The notes beneath the pieces are model-generated. The model ran no database searches. It was given only the letters and a program-made list of their open reading frames with translations, and was not told the DNA's origin. A stretch of 64,000 nucleotides of DNA from Macrostomum lignano (Eukaryota). Position 1 is the first letter of the stretch. Each line of letters begins with the position of its first letter. Both the position numbers and the translations under genes were made by a program. Below are positions 23,064-33,006 of this stretch, one piece after another. Where the stretch lies: NCBI GenBank assembly GCA_002269645.1, contig NIVC01000578.1, positions 510,549-574,548 on the forward strand. The letters are read 5' to 3'.

Positions 23064-25373
23064 TCAAACGCGTTCAGCCGCTCCCACATCCGGGGCCGCG
23101 CTTTCCGCCTGCCGGTTCTCCGGGATCTCCACAGAGTTGCATCTCCGGCTTTTGGCGGTCCTTCGCGCTGCCACCGCGCCGTTCACCAGGTGGTAGGCCA
23201 ACTCCAGCAGCTCGCACAGGGTCAGCAGGCTGCAGCCGATGTACAGGCCAAGGAGGCCGCCGATGTCAGCCAGGAAGGCCACCCACGAGTAGGAGTAGGC
23301 GATGACAATCCTCGATGACCGATGGCTCTTCACGGAGATGTACACCTCGATCATGGCCTCAGTGACGTAGTGCCGGAACATTGACTCGGTGTGGCTGGAG
23401 TGGTTATCTGCGGTTGAAGCAAAGCAACGGCTGCTCAGGGTGAACCTACTCTCTGAGTTGTGCTCTTAAGCTGACGAAACTGACTCAATCTGAGAGATTC
23501 AGGAGCCTAGAGATGCCTTGATGGTAGTCTTGATTTGCCTCAGTCTAGAGCATGAGCACAACTCACCGGACTGGATTAGCCTCAGTCTAGAGCATGAGCA
23601 CAACTCACCGAACTGGATTTGCCTCAGTCTAGAGCATGAGAACAACTCACCGGACTGGATTTGCCTCAGTCTAGAGCATGAGCACAACTCACCGAACTGG
23701 ATTTGCCTCAGTCTAGAGCATGAGAACAACTCACCGAACTGGATTTGCCTCAGTCTAGAGCATGAGCACAACTCACCGGACTGGATTTGCCTCAGTCTAG
23801 AGCATGAGCACAACTCACCGAACTGGATTTGCCTCAGTCTAGAGCATGAGAACAACTCACCGAACTGGCTTTGCCTTTGTCTAGAGCATGAGCACAACTC
23901 ACCGAACTGGATTTGCCTCAGTCTAGAGCATGAGCACAACTCACCGGACTGGATTTGCCTCAGTCTAGAGCATGAGCACAACTCACCGGACTGGATTTGC
24001 CTCGACAGATCCACCAGCCTGCGGGTGGCGGGCCGGCCCATGTCGGTGTACCAGTCGGGGTATTCGTTGACAAGGAAGTCGGCCAGAGCTCTGCTCGCCC
24101 GTGGCCACTTCACAGACGTCGAGATCGCGCTGTACTCAGTGAACTCACACGGCTGTTCCTTCTTGCAATAGTCGGTGATGTGCTGAGTGTGGATGTCGAT
24201 GAACTTCCTCACGTCGTACAGGGAGACATTCTCGATGGCGGCCTTCGTCATCTCGATCTCCGTCATGTTCTCAAACCTGGGCACGTCTCTCTGGCTCCAC
24301 GGCTTCGGGTACAGCGAGAACACAAACTGGAACTCCTTCTGCAGCAGGAGGTTCATCTGAGTGTAGAAGCAGGACGCTGGGCTGCTCTTGAACTCCTGCC
24401 TTTTGCCGGTTAGCTGATTCTGAAAGACGGCAACTTCCTGCTTGGGGTTGCAGTACTTGCCGTAGAGCTCGTGGCTGTGGACTGTCTCCTCCATGTCGAT
24501 GGAGACGTGGTAGGACCTGCCGGCGGCCAGGCCCAGCTTGGCTTCGTGCATCACAGATGGATAAGTGCCTCTGGGCACCACCTGCAGGGTGTAACCCAGG
24601 CTGGTGATGCTGTGGTAGCCGTCTATGGACTGCCAGTTCTGGAACGGGATGCTCTTGTTGAGGAACCGGTTCACAATGGGCTTCACCTCCACTCCGGTGA
24701 AGGTGAAATCGGAATAGTGCGGATCGACAAGAAGCCAGGAGAGCAGGACGGATCGCTTGTAGCTGAGGCTCTCCAGGCTCTCCGCGGACACCGAGATCTT
24801 GTAGCAGATTCGGTTGTCGGGGTGGATGAAGATAGTCCTGGCGGCGTACCTGCTGCTGGTGCTGTAAGACTGGTAGCGAACGTAGGGCCAGGTGAGGAAG
24901 GACTGGTTCTCCTGCTGCAGCAGGTAGCGGTTGAGGATGTGCACCGGCATGGACAGCTGGATCCGGGACACCCGGCGAAATGTGGCCTTCTCTCCGTGGG
25001 TGCAGAACTCCGCGCTCTTGCTGCAGTACAGCCTGTCATACAGCCGGCTCAGCCTCTCAACTTCATCATTAACCACCTTGGCCTCGGCCTCCTTGAGAGT
25101 GTAGGGTATGCTGCCAGAGTAGATGAGGCTGGGGCAGAAGTAGATGTCCGGAAACTCGAACGGCACCTTGTCAGACTCGTAAGTCCGCACCACGGTGATG
25201 TTGATGAGCCCGCTGATGAGCGTGGAGGCGCTCTTGCAGCACAGGGCGAGGAACAGCAGGAACAGGACTGTCCACATCACCTTCAAAGTCGTCGAGCGGG
25301 CGCCCACAGCCCGGCTGATGCCGTGCGCGCTACTGTCAGCGATGGCCGCCGCCATGGCCTTCCCGGCCGACAT
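23064..25373 (-). CDS. DEG/ENaC (amiloride-sensitive sodium channel) family subunit, ~576 aa; exons complement(join(23064..23407,23987..25373))
   Basis: N-terminal HG motif (SSAHGI), TM1 (VMWTVLFLLFLALCC), post-TM1 FPDIYFCP, Cys-rich ectodomain, TM2 FLADIGGLLGLYIGCSLLTLCELLE with GxS filter. The phase-1 donor G|GTGAGT at 23986 matches acceptor CCGCAG|AT at 23407. Confidence 0.9.
23532..24001. repeat. 42-bp minisatellite spanning the ENaC exon 1/intron 1 boundary, 11 copies each with a G|GTGAGT donor
   Basis: Plus-strand unit GCCTCAGTCTAGAGCATGAGCACAACTCACCGGACTGGATTT; ACTCAC recurs every 42 bp from 23561 to 23981. Confidence 0.92.
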
Positions 25374-26205
25374 TTCCTAGTCGTCTCTTCAGCCCTTGGT
25401 GTATTCGGTTTCTGCCTGAAGAAGTGCAGCCAGTGGGACAGAGTTCGGTTTGGCTTGGCAAGAAGCTGTCAGCAAAAGTGTTCTGTTTGGATATTCATAG
25501 ATGTGCCTGGGAATCCGAAAACTCCCCAGGGCACCCGTGGGATTGGCTGGGTACTTCTCCCGATCCCTCTAGACCCCGCGCCCTCCCTCTGGCCCCCAGA
25601 TTCATCCTGGTGTTTTTATCACTCAGCATCCAGATCCCAATTAGAAATCAAAAGCCAAGTCCAGGATTGAACGGTTCCGCATCAGCTTAAATACTTTTGA
25701 ACTCACGATGAGCTCGCAATCTGCCGTTGCATCCTACTACAAAGCGTTTGATGAGCCTCGGATTCATAGAAACCTGTGATGGCCGCAGATGCGCGAGGCT
25801 CTTAGCAAGGGAGCCCACGGTTAAAGACTCAAACTTGCAGCTTAGCAGTCCCTGCTGCGATTTCACATTTTTGCAGCAAAATTTTTCGCCACTTCCGTAG
25901 ATCAAAATGACTGACTGACTGACAGCCTTATGCCTCTTTCCCTTGCGTCTATAACCCTGGGGCAGACAAAAAGGTCAACGAATAGAAAGCGCAGACTGAC
26001 AACACGAACAGCATTACTGTCAGTACAGTAATCGTTTCTTACAAAAAAAGCTACTGACAGAATCAAGTATTGGTTTCGACTGAATTGAGCGCAGTAAACG
26101 CGGTTTACGAGGCTTGACAACAACTTTATCGCACATGTAATTTTAAGGCTCTCCGTAATTAAAACTGACAGGCAGCAGAACAATAGTGAAATGTGACCCA
26201 GCAAA

Positions 26206-27533
26206 TCAGCAACCCGAATTTGAGTCCCAGTCAACTGCAGCAGCGGCGGCAACGCAGCTCTCAGTTGTCGAGTGCCCAAGTCCCGCAGCCAGCAGCTCCT
26301 GCAGCAGCTGCAGCCCGATCTCCGGCCGCTCAGTCGCCACGGAGTGTCCGGCGCTGGTCACCGTCCGGTACCTGATTCGGCCGCCCAAGTAGGACCTCTG
26401 GATGCCTCCAATCTGCAGTCGATGCTTTCTCAGACACCAGAACCAGGCGTCCTGACGGCTGACTGGGTCCGGGGGCAGCCGCCCCAGCAGCTGCAGTGTC
26501 AACCCCACGGGCAGCATGTAGTCCAGGACTCCGGTGTACAGCAGCACCGGCATGTTGTGATCCGCCAGGCTCTGAAACTCACCCAGGACGTCTCGCACAG
26601 ACTGGATACACTCACTAAACAATGTGTCGTTGCAGATGGTAAAATTCACAGCAAAATTTTCGTTGACGCCCAGAGCTACTCGAGCGTCAGCGTCGTTCAA
26701 GAAGCTCGTGAGACCCGTGGCGTTTAGGCAGGGATAGTTGTTCAGCTGCCCGTCGCTGTAGCACCGCTGGGCGATGTTGTACGGGTTCACTCGGCGGGAG
26801 TCCTTCAGGAGAATACATGTATATTGCGGCATGGTGCGCTGTTTGTTCGGAAGCATGCAAACAAATTTGAACAGATGATAGAAACTTTGATACCGTCTTC
26901 ATGACACTGGACCCTCTGTACGAGTAGCTGATGCCCATTGCGTCCGTCAGGGCTCTGCGGTGCGATTCAAAGACCGACTCATTGTACGGCATGTGCAGGC
27001 CGTTGCCCACGGCGATGCCCTTCAGGTTGATGAGGCCGGGACGGTGCCCGCCGTCGATGATGGCGCTGGCCAGCAGCGGGATGTAGATCCCCGCGTAGCT
27101 CTCTCCCGCGATGTAGAAGGCCCGGCCTCGGTACTCGGGGAACAGGCTGTAGAAGTGGAGCAGCGCTCCCAGGTTCAGCCGCGTGGTCGCGTTATCGTTG
27201 AGCTCGGTCAGGTCGGTGGGTCCGGGCTCGCTCAGGCCGACACCGCTGGGCGAGTCGATGTACAGCACGTTGGCCAGCCGGTTCCACGCGAAGTCGTTGC
27301 GCTCCAGCTCGGCGCGGTCGTTCGCCAGGAACGGCCCGTTCGTCATGAGCAGGCCGCCGACCGAGGAGCAGCCGGGACCGCCGTTCATCCACAGCACGAG
27401 CGGAGCCGTCGCGGCGTCCACGTGGGAGCTCTCGACCAGCCAGTAGAAGAGGCGCCGGCTGTCGCCGCTGCCGCTGCTGGAGGTCAGGTAGCCCGAGTAC
27501 TGGGTGAAGTTCGGGCGGAACAGCAGCCGCGGC
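26206..27533 (-). CDS. Serine carboxypeptidase S10 (cathepsin A-like), copy A; exons complement(join(26206..26802,26894..27533)); 5' end (signal peptide) absent or replaced
   Basis: WMNGGPGCSS, YIDSPSGVGLS, catalytic GESYAG, GVLD (Asp) and SAGHSV (His). A 91-bp GT-AG intron lies at 26803..26893. Similarity to copy B stops abruptly at an AG acceptor at 27534-27535. Confidence 0.8.
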
Positions 27534-28104
27534 CTGCGCTTGATTATAATTTAGCTGACTGGTTGCCATAACGCTGTGGCACTGTCTTCACTTCGGTAAC
27601 CCCAGGTCGGACGAGAGGGTTCGGTCAGCATATAGTAATTGCTGTTGGCAATCCTTTCGTTGCAAGACAGACATTCCACTGTTTGCTAAGCGCATGATTC
27701 TATCGAAAAAATTGTATGAACACAAGGAGCCTCGGGTACTTTGTTTATATAGAGCCCTTCCGCGTTGGGTCCGAACCCTGATACCAAAGCCTGCCGACCA
27801 ATAGAAACCCCTCTCTACTCAGAAATCGAACCCTTCCGTAGGCCCTTCCCCTACTCGGAAATTCCAAGTCATCGGCACCTCTATGCAGTAGCGAACCACA
27901 TGCCCCTTTCCGACCAATCACATTGAAACCCAGGTATCACGTCTCACCACACGCGGGTGAACGACACTCAACCCATGGACACTCACCCACTTCCAGACAC
28001 TCACCTGCCTGACCCCTCCTCTGGCTTTTCCCAACCCTCCTGTCCAGCCCCACCTCTGGGCTCCCCCGATCCTTCTTCCATCCTACCTCACCTCACCCCC
28101 AGCC

Positions 28105-28292
28105 CAGGGGCGTAGCCAGGAATTTCCTACGGGGGGGGATACACCAAGGTGAATTTCCTACGGGGGGGGATACACCAAGGTAAAAGTGCTCACATGGTAG
28201 CATGTATAGCGAAAAAGTGCAACAAAAAAGTTTTGGTCAGGCTCTTCGGGGGGGATACATCCCCCCTGATCCCCCCCCTCCCTACGCCACTG
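28105..28292. mobile_element. hAT-type MITE (188 bp)
   Basis: TIRs CAGGGGCGTAG / CTACGCCACTG. Exact 8-bp TSD CCCCAGCC (28097..28104 and 28293..28300). Confidence 0.85.
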
Positions 28293-28545
28293 CCCCAGCC
28301 TGCTCGACCCCCTCTATCCTGCCGCACCCCGCCTCTGGCCTACCCCACCCCACCTGCGGCCTGCCCCAGCCAATCAGCGACGTGCGGCAGACCGTACCAT
28401 TTTCCTACTACTGAGCTCCTATCAGGTATTTTAATCATATGCAACGCCGCGTTCCGCTGTGCTGTGTTGGTAGAGCATTTTTAACAAATTAATATTTCTA
28501 ATTTTGAGAACCGACTACTGAGCCGAATTTTATGTTGTTTTTGTT

Positions 28546-28909
28546 TTAGTTAAAGGCGGGGGGCTGTGTGCACCCTGGCGCACTTTAAGCGACATTGTCA
28601 CCCAACCGGCGAGCGGCATTGCTGCCCATTCCGCTGACTCCCCTGAGCAGGCACACAAGCGTGCGGATACGTACGCAGGTATATGCACAGGCACACACTA
28701 ACATAAGAGTGTACAGCGGCCCTAACTTTTTTATCATTGGGTATGTACATTCACTGTGCCTTGGAGCTTGGGGGCGTCGTGCGTTAATTGCATGAGCTGA
28801 CCCAAGCCGAGATTCCAATTTAGCCCCAAATTAATGTGACTGCACTTGGAACCGAGCCTGGGCCACTGGCACATCAGAGCACCGCACTAGACCACTGGGC
28901 TACGGCCCC
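28546..28909 (-). mobile_element. tRNA-derived SINE, copy 2
   Basis: The reverse complement begins GGGGCCGTAGCCCAGTGGTCTAG..GGCTCGGTTCCAAGTGCAGTCACATTAATTTGGGGC and ends GTCGCTTAAAGTGCGCCAGGGTGCACACAGCCCCCC, as in copy 1. TSD-like ATGTTGTTT at 28532 and 28910. Confidence 0.85.
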
Positions 28910-29783
28910 ATGTTGTTTCTGTTAGTTTTTCAATGTAAGTTCTGGTATGGCTATATACGAATAATGGAAATATAATGCAATTGAAGGCAGTGCATCGACA
29001 TCATTGACGTTTTCTCTGTACTCTTTTCATTTCTTTAAACCATAGACAGTTGCGCTGTCTTACAATCCTGCGCGCGAAAAACGAGTGCATTTTGTCATAG
29101 ACGCACGGTTTGCCAAAGATCATTGTCTTTTGACCACGGACAGTCTATAGGCAATGTTATAAAGCTCAACTTAGCTTCAACGATCGCATCTGTAATCGAC
29201 TTGTCTCAGAGTCCTCCACTAATTGATATGCGCAACGCAACAGTGTGTGGATCTAGTGAAGAAGAATTGTTTATCGAAGCTGCTTAAAGCAAATTTGAGA
29301 AGGCGAGCGATGAACTGGCTGGATCGGTTGTGGATTTCATGTTTGACTAAGAATTAGAGTAACTGGTCAGCTCGGATCCGGAAACCCTGTGCACGCTTGA
29401 CGAAACCAAATTGCTGTGCAGTTCATTTTCGAGTGGAGTTTGAGAATGATTTGAGTGTAGACTCATTAACTGTTTGCTCTTCGTTTGTCTCGTCGCTTTG
29501 ATGTTTATCTTCTTTCATGTTAATATGTTGTGTCTAAAAATAAATTTGTCTGGTCGTGCAGGAATGAAAAACTCGTTCCTTTAAGATTAGCAAATGTTAC
29601 TTAAGTGGATTTTTACCATGGACAAAGTCTCGCACTCGTTAGTGTTTAAGAATCCTTCCATTCTCTGCCATAGATATTCGATTTCAGTGCGAGTGTACAA
29701 ATTTTCTTTCAAGTGAATTCTGCAGTCTTTATAAAGCCGCACTAACTAGGCTTTACCATAGAAATGATCGCATAGTTTCATAG

Positions 29784-31006
29784 CTGCACCCAAGTATACA
29801 CTGCTTTGAGGGTGAGGTCGCTCATCGCAATACTTCAGACACCCTCCAACTTTGTCCCACTGGTTCACAGCATCTATCGTGCAGCCTGCACGCCCGGTTG
29901 TCAAGCACCGTAGCCGGCTGCCAGTACGTGCTCGGCGACCTCGTTGTCGAGAACTTTGTTGGCGTCCAACCCGATTACTGAAGCACCACTGGTCAACGTC
30001 ATCATCAAGCTGCGCACTGACTTCCTGGACTCTGTCGAGGAGATCAGCGGCCAGCTGGTGATCAGGCGGGTCAACTTGCAGCGCATCAGCCTGCGGAGTC
30101 TGCGCATCATTCAGGGCAAAAACCTGGAGACAAGAGGCCAGTTCTACGTTCTACAGGTGATGCAGCCAATGTATCCGACTCGGCTGGAGCTGCCCAGCCT
30201 GAGCGCCAGCCTGTACTGCTATCTGTCGGCGCTCGATCGACTGGGCCAACTTGCTGCAGAGTTGCGGCAAATTTAAGCATAAATTTATCGATCAGACCTC
30301 CGTTTTAACCATAGGCGACGGGCAGGTCACCTTGATGCGGTCAACACCGCCTGCTCGTCGGTGGCCAGCTGACATGCCAACTGCAGCCCGCAGGCCTCGG
30401 AAAAGAAGCTGTGTTGGTTTAGGCGGGCCCAATGGCTGCCAGAGCTTTCATGGCTGCCTTGAGCGGTTCCAGTGCAGCAGCTGCTACCGCGATCCGGACA
30501 CGGGTAGGGAGGAGTGCTGCGATAGCCAGTGCGTGGGCGGCTGCTCCGGCAGGCCCGAGGCTTGCTCCGCCTGCCGCGGCGTGCGCTTGATGGCGTCTGC
30601 AAACGGAACATATTTGTGTGAAAAAGTGCGACAAGAATTTGTTAACTGGCTCGGACGGTCAGTATTGCTTACCCCAGAGCCCGCCAAATGAGATTCCAAC
30701 TGACGGTGCGTGATTTGGGATACGAATTCGGCTCTAAGCGTGAAGGCTCCAATTATGGCCAGCGAGGCCAGTGTGCAGGCTCTGGAATCGCTGCAGGTTT
30801 TCTACCGTCACCTCTTCATCATGCGGGCAGATCGGCTGGGCGCCGACAACCTGCGATTCGTGTCGGGGAATTTCGGCATCATGTTTCTGAGGGCTCGGTA
30901 CATCGGACTGGCTCGCCTGAAGCACGCTCACCACCTGCTGCTGAGAGGCATCTGCGGCCTGTGCAGGGTTTGGTATCTTTGGCAAATTGGCAGTATAAAA
31001 GACTGA
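29784..31006 (+). pseudogene. Decayed EGFR-like receptor ectodomain fragment (L domain - furin-like Cys-rich - L domain)
   Basis: Pieces lie in three frames: LCPTGSQHLS..GCQYVLGDLVVEN, FLDSVEEISGQLVI..SLRSLRIIQG, IDWANLL, ECCDSQCVGGCSGRPEACSACR, then ASVQALESLQVFYRHLFI. There are frameshifts near 29980 and 30236 and in-frame TGA stops at 30689 and 30701. No TM or kinase sequence follows. Confidence 0.7.
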
Positions 31007-32091
31007 GTGAACTATAAACTGCTAGTGGCTTGCTGATGTCGAGGACCTGTTGTGATGTTTAACACGTACTAGAGCATATTGTTACCATTCTGTATTCCTC
31101 TAGTACGGATCTGTTTGTTCCTACTTTAGTTATATTTATGCGATAAGATGATTTTAGGATGTTTTCGCTTGTTAACAATGGACAAAATGAAACAGTTTGA
31201 TAAAACGGGTCAATATCTGAATACACTGAAAGTACGCAGCACGATTTTAGCAGTGCTTTTTTAATTTCTACAAAGAAATATCAATCAATTTTAAATGATT
31301 CGTAGCCGTCTTTTGGACAAGGACTACTAATGTAGTCCACTAGAGTAGTCCTTGGTGTTGGGCAGAAAATCGACACACGTGAAGCTGTTGCAATAGCTGT
31401 TACAATTATTTTGCTATCAGCCCGTACAAGACCTTGATGCGGTTGCTAACAAAGAAATTAAAATAATAATACTCGTGAACACCGCCTGAGGAACATCTGA
31501 AACATTGTTGCTGCTACTTGATGCAAAATTCTATTATCCTTGGATAAAGACAGCGTAAAATAAGCAACACAAAGCAACGCAGGCACATAAACTTCAAGAA
31601 CATGGGCTGAATTTTGTTGCACACCTTCTGACACAAGAATGCAGACCATCGAGATAATCCAAAGTTCTGCCAGGAGGTCGGATTAGTGTATTAACTACAC
31701 CCCTGTGCGGCAATCAGCACTGCGTCTCAGTGCGGCCTTAACAAGCCTTCAACTTTCATCAGCGCGTCGACCACGTTCTCCTAGTATCTGGCTTTGTTGG
31801 TCACTGGCCTTCACCCACGCGGAGCTTTTGGACATTCAAAAGTGGCACTAGGTGGCTATGGACACCCTGTTGCGAATTTCTCCAGTTTTTCTGATCAAGC
31901 CTCGGCGGTGAGCAAACATCAACTGCTGGACATCCTCAGCTAATCTCTCAAGCGTTCACCACCTCGACGCCGTAAGCACCTTAGCCAGGTGACACCCTTG
32001 GTATAGTTCTACTGTTGATGAGCTCCAAATCTCTGTTCACGACACGACTGACACTATCGAGCTGAGTTCCATGAAATTTGAGCCCTCACTA

Positions 32092-32428
32092 CCGCGCTGA
32101 GTCCTCACTACCGCACTGAGCCCCTCACTACCGCGCTGAGCCCCTCACTACCGCGCTGAGCGACTCACTACCGCACTGAGCCCCTCACTACCGCGCTGAG
32201 CCCCTCACTACCGCACTGAGCCCCTCACTACCGCGCTGAGCCCCTCACTACCGCGCTGAGCGACTCACTACCGCACTGAGCCCCTCACTACCGCACTGAG
32301 CCCCTCACTACCGCACTGAGCCCCTCACTACCGCACTGAGCCCCTCACTACCGCGCTGAGTCCTCACTACCGCGCTGAGCCCCTCACTACCGCGCTGAGC
32401 CCCTCACTACCGCGCTGAGCCCCTCACT
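32092..32428. repeat. 20-bp minisatellite
   Basis: Unit GAGCCCCTCACTACCGCGCT. Confidence 0.9.
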
Positions 32429-33006
32429 TATTGAACCGCTTACTATTGCGCTGAGCAACTTATACCTTTAGGAGTATTAAGTCTCACAAGGACTCTGCGT
32501 TCCTCATTCTGAAGAATTTAAATTTTAGGTTTTTTGGAAGGCATGACGATTTCTTGGGTGAATAATGGAAATGGCCATAAGTTAGCATACCAAAGTAGAG
32601 TCTCTTAAGGAGTCGCATTTTATGTCAGTGCAAGCGTACGCGAGTATATGGCAGTTTATGGCAGCATGTGAGTGGGGCAGTTCAACACCCAATTGTAGTT
32701 GTTGAGGCTCACCCGACACACAAACGGTTGCAAAACATTATTAAACGCTGGCTGATAGCTTGTATGCACTTCTCTAATGACTCTCGTCTCGGTCTTTCTA
32801 CCCCAGGCGGTTTGGGCTGCTGCACACTTATTGTTGTTTTCGCATCACTGCCTTTTGTAGCTAGCAGTTGTTCGTACCCATGCTTCAGTAGGTGGATATA
32901 AATATGATAAATATACGGACAGGAGTAGAGAATCCAGAGCTCAATGGTTACTTAACGTCGAGATAGCAGCTCTCCGCAACCATACATACACCTGTGACCC
33001 GCTGAA

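Noticed and set aside
24471-25670. Antisense ORFs over GC-rich exons (also 50748..51686, 39596..40270, 4092..4745, 26960..27571)
   Set aside because: They are shadow ORFs of well-supported genes on the opposite strand, with no recognisable domains.
30689-30703. Selenocysteine or readthrough at the TGA codons in the EGFR-like region
   Set aside because: The same region has independent frameshifts and a deletion, so pseudogene decay is simpler.
31680-32050. LINE reverse-transcriptase 3' remnant (also 1200..1370)
   Set aside because: There is only vague resemblance in broken frames, and no diagnostic RT or endonuclease motif could be supported.
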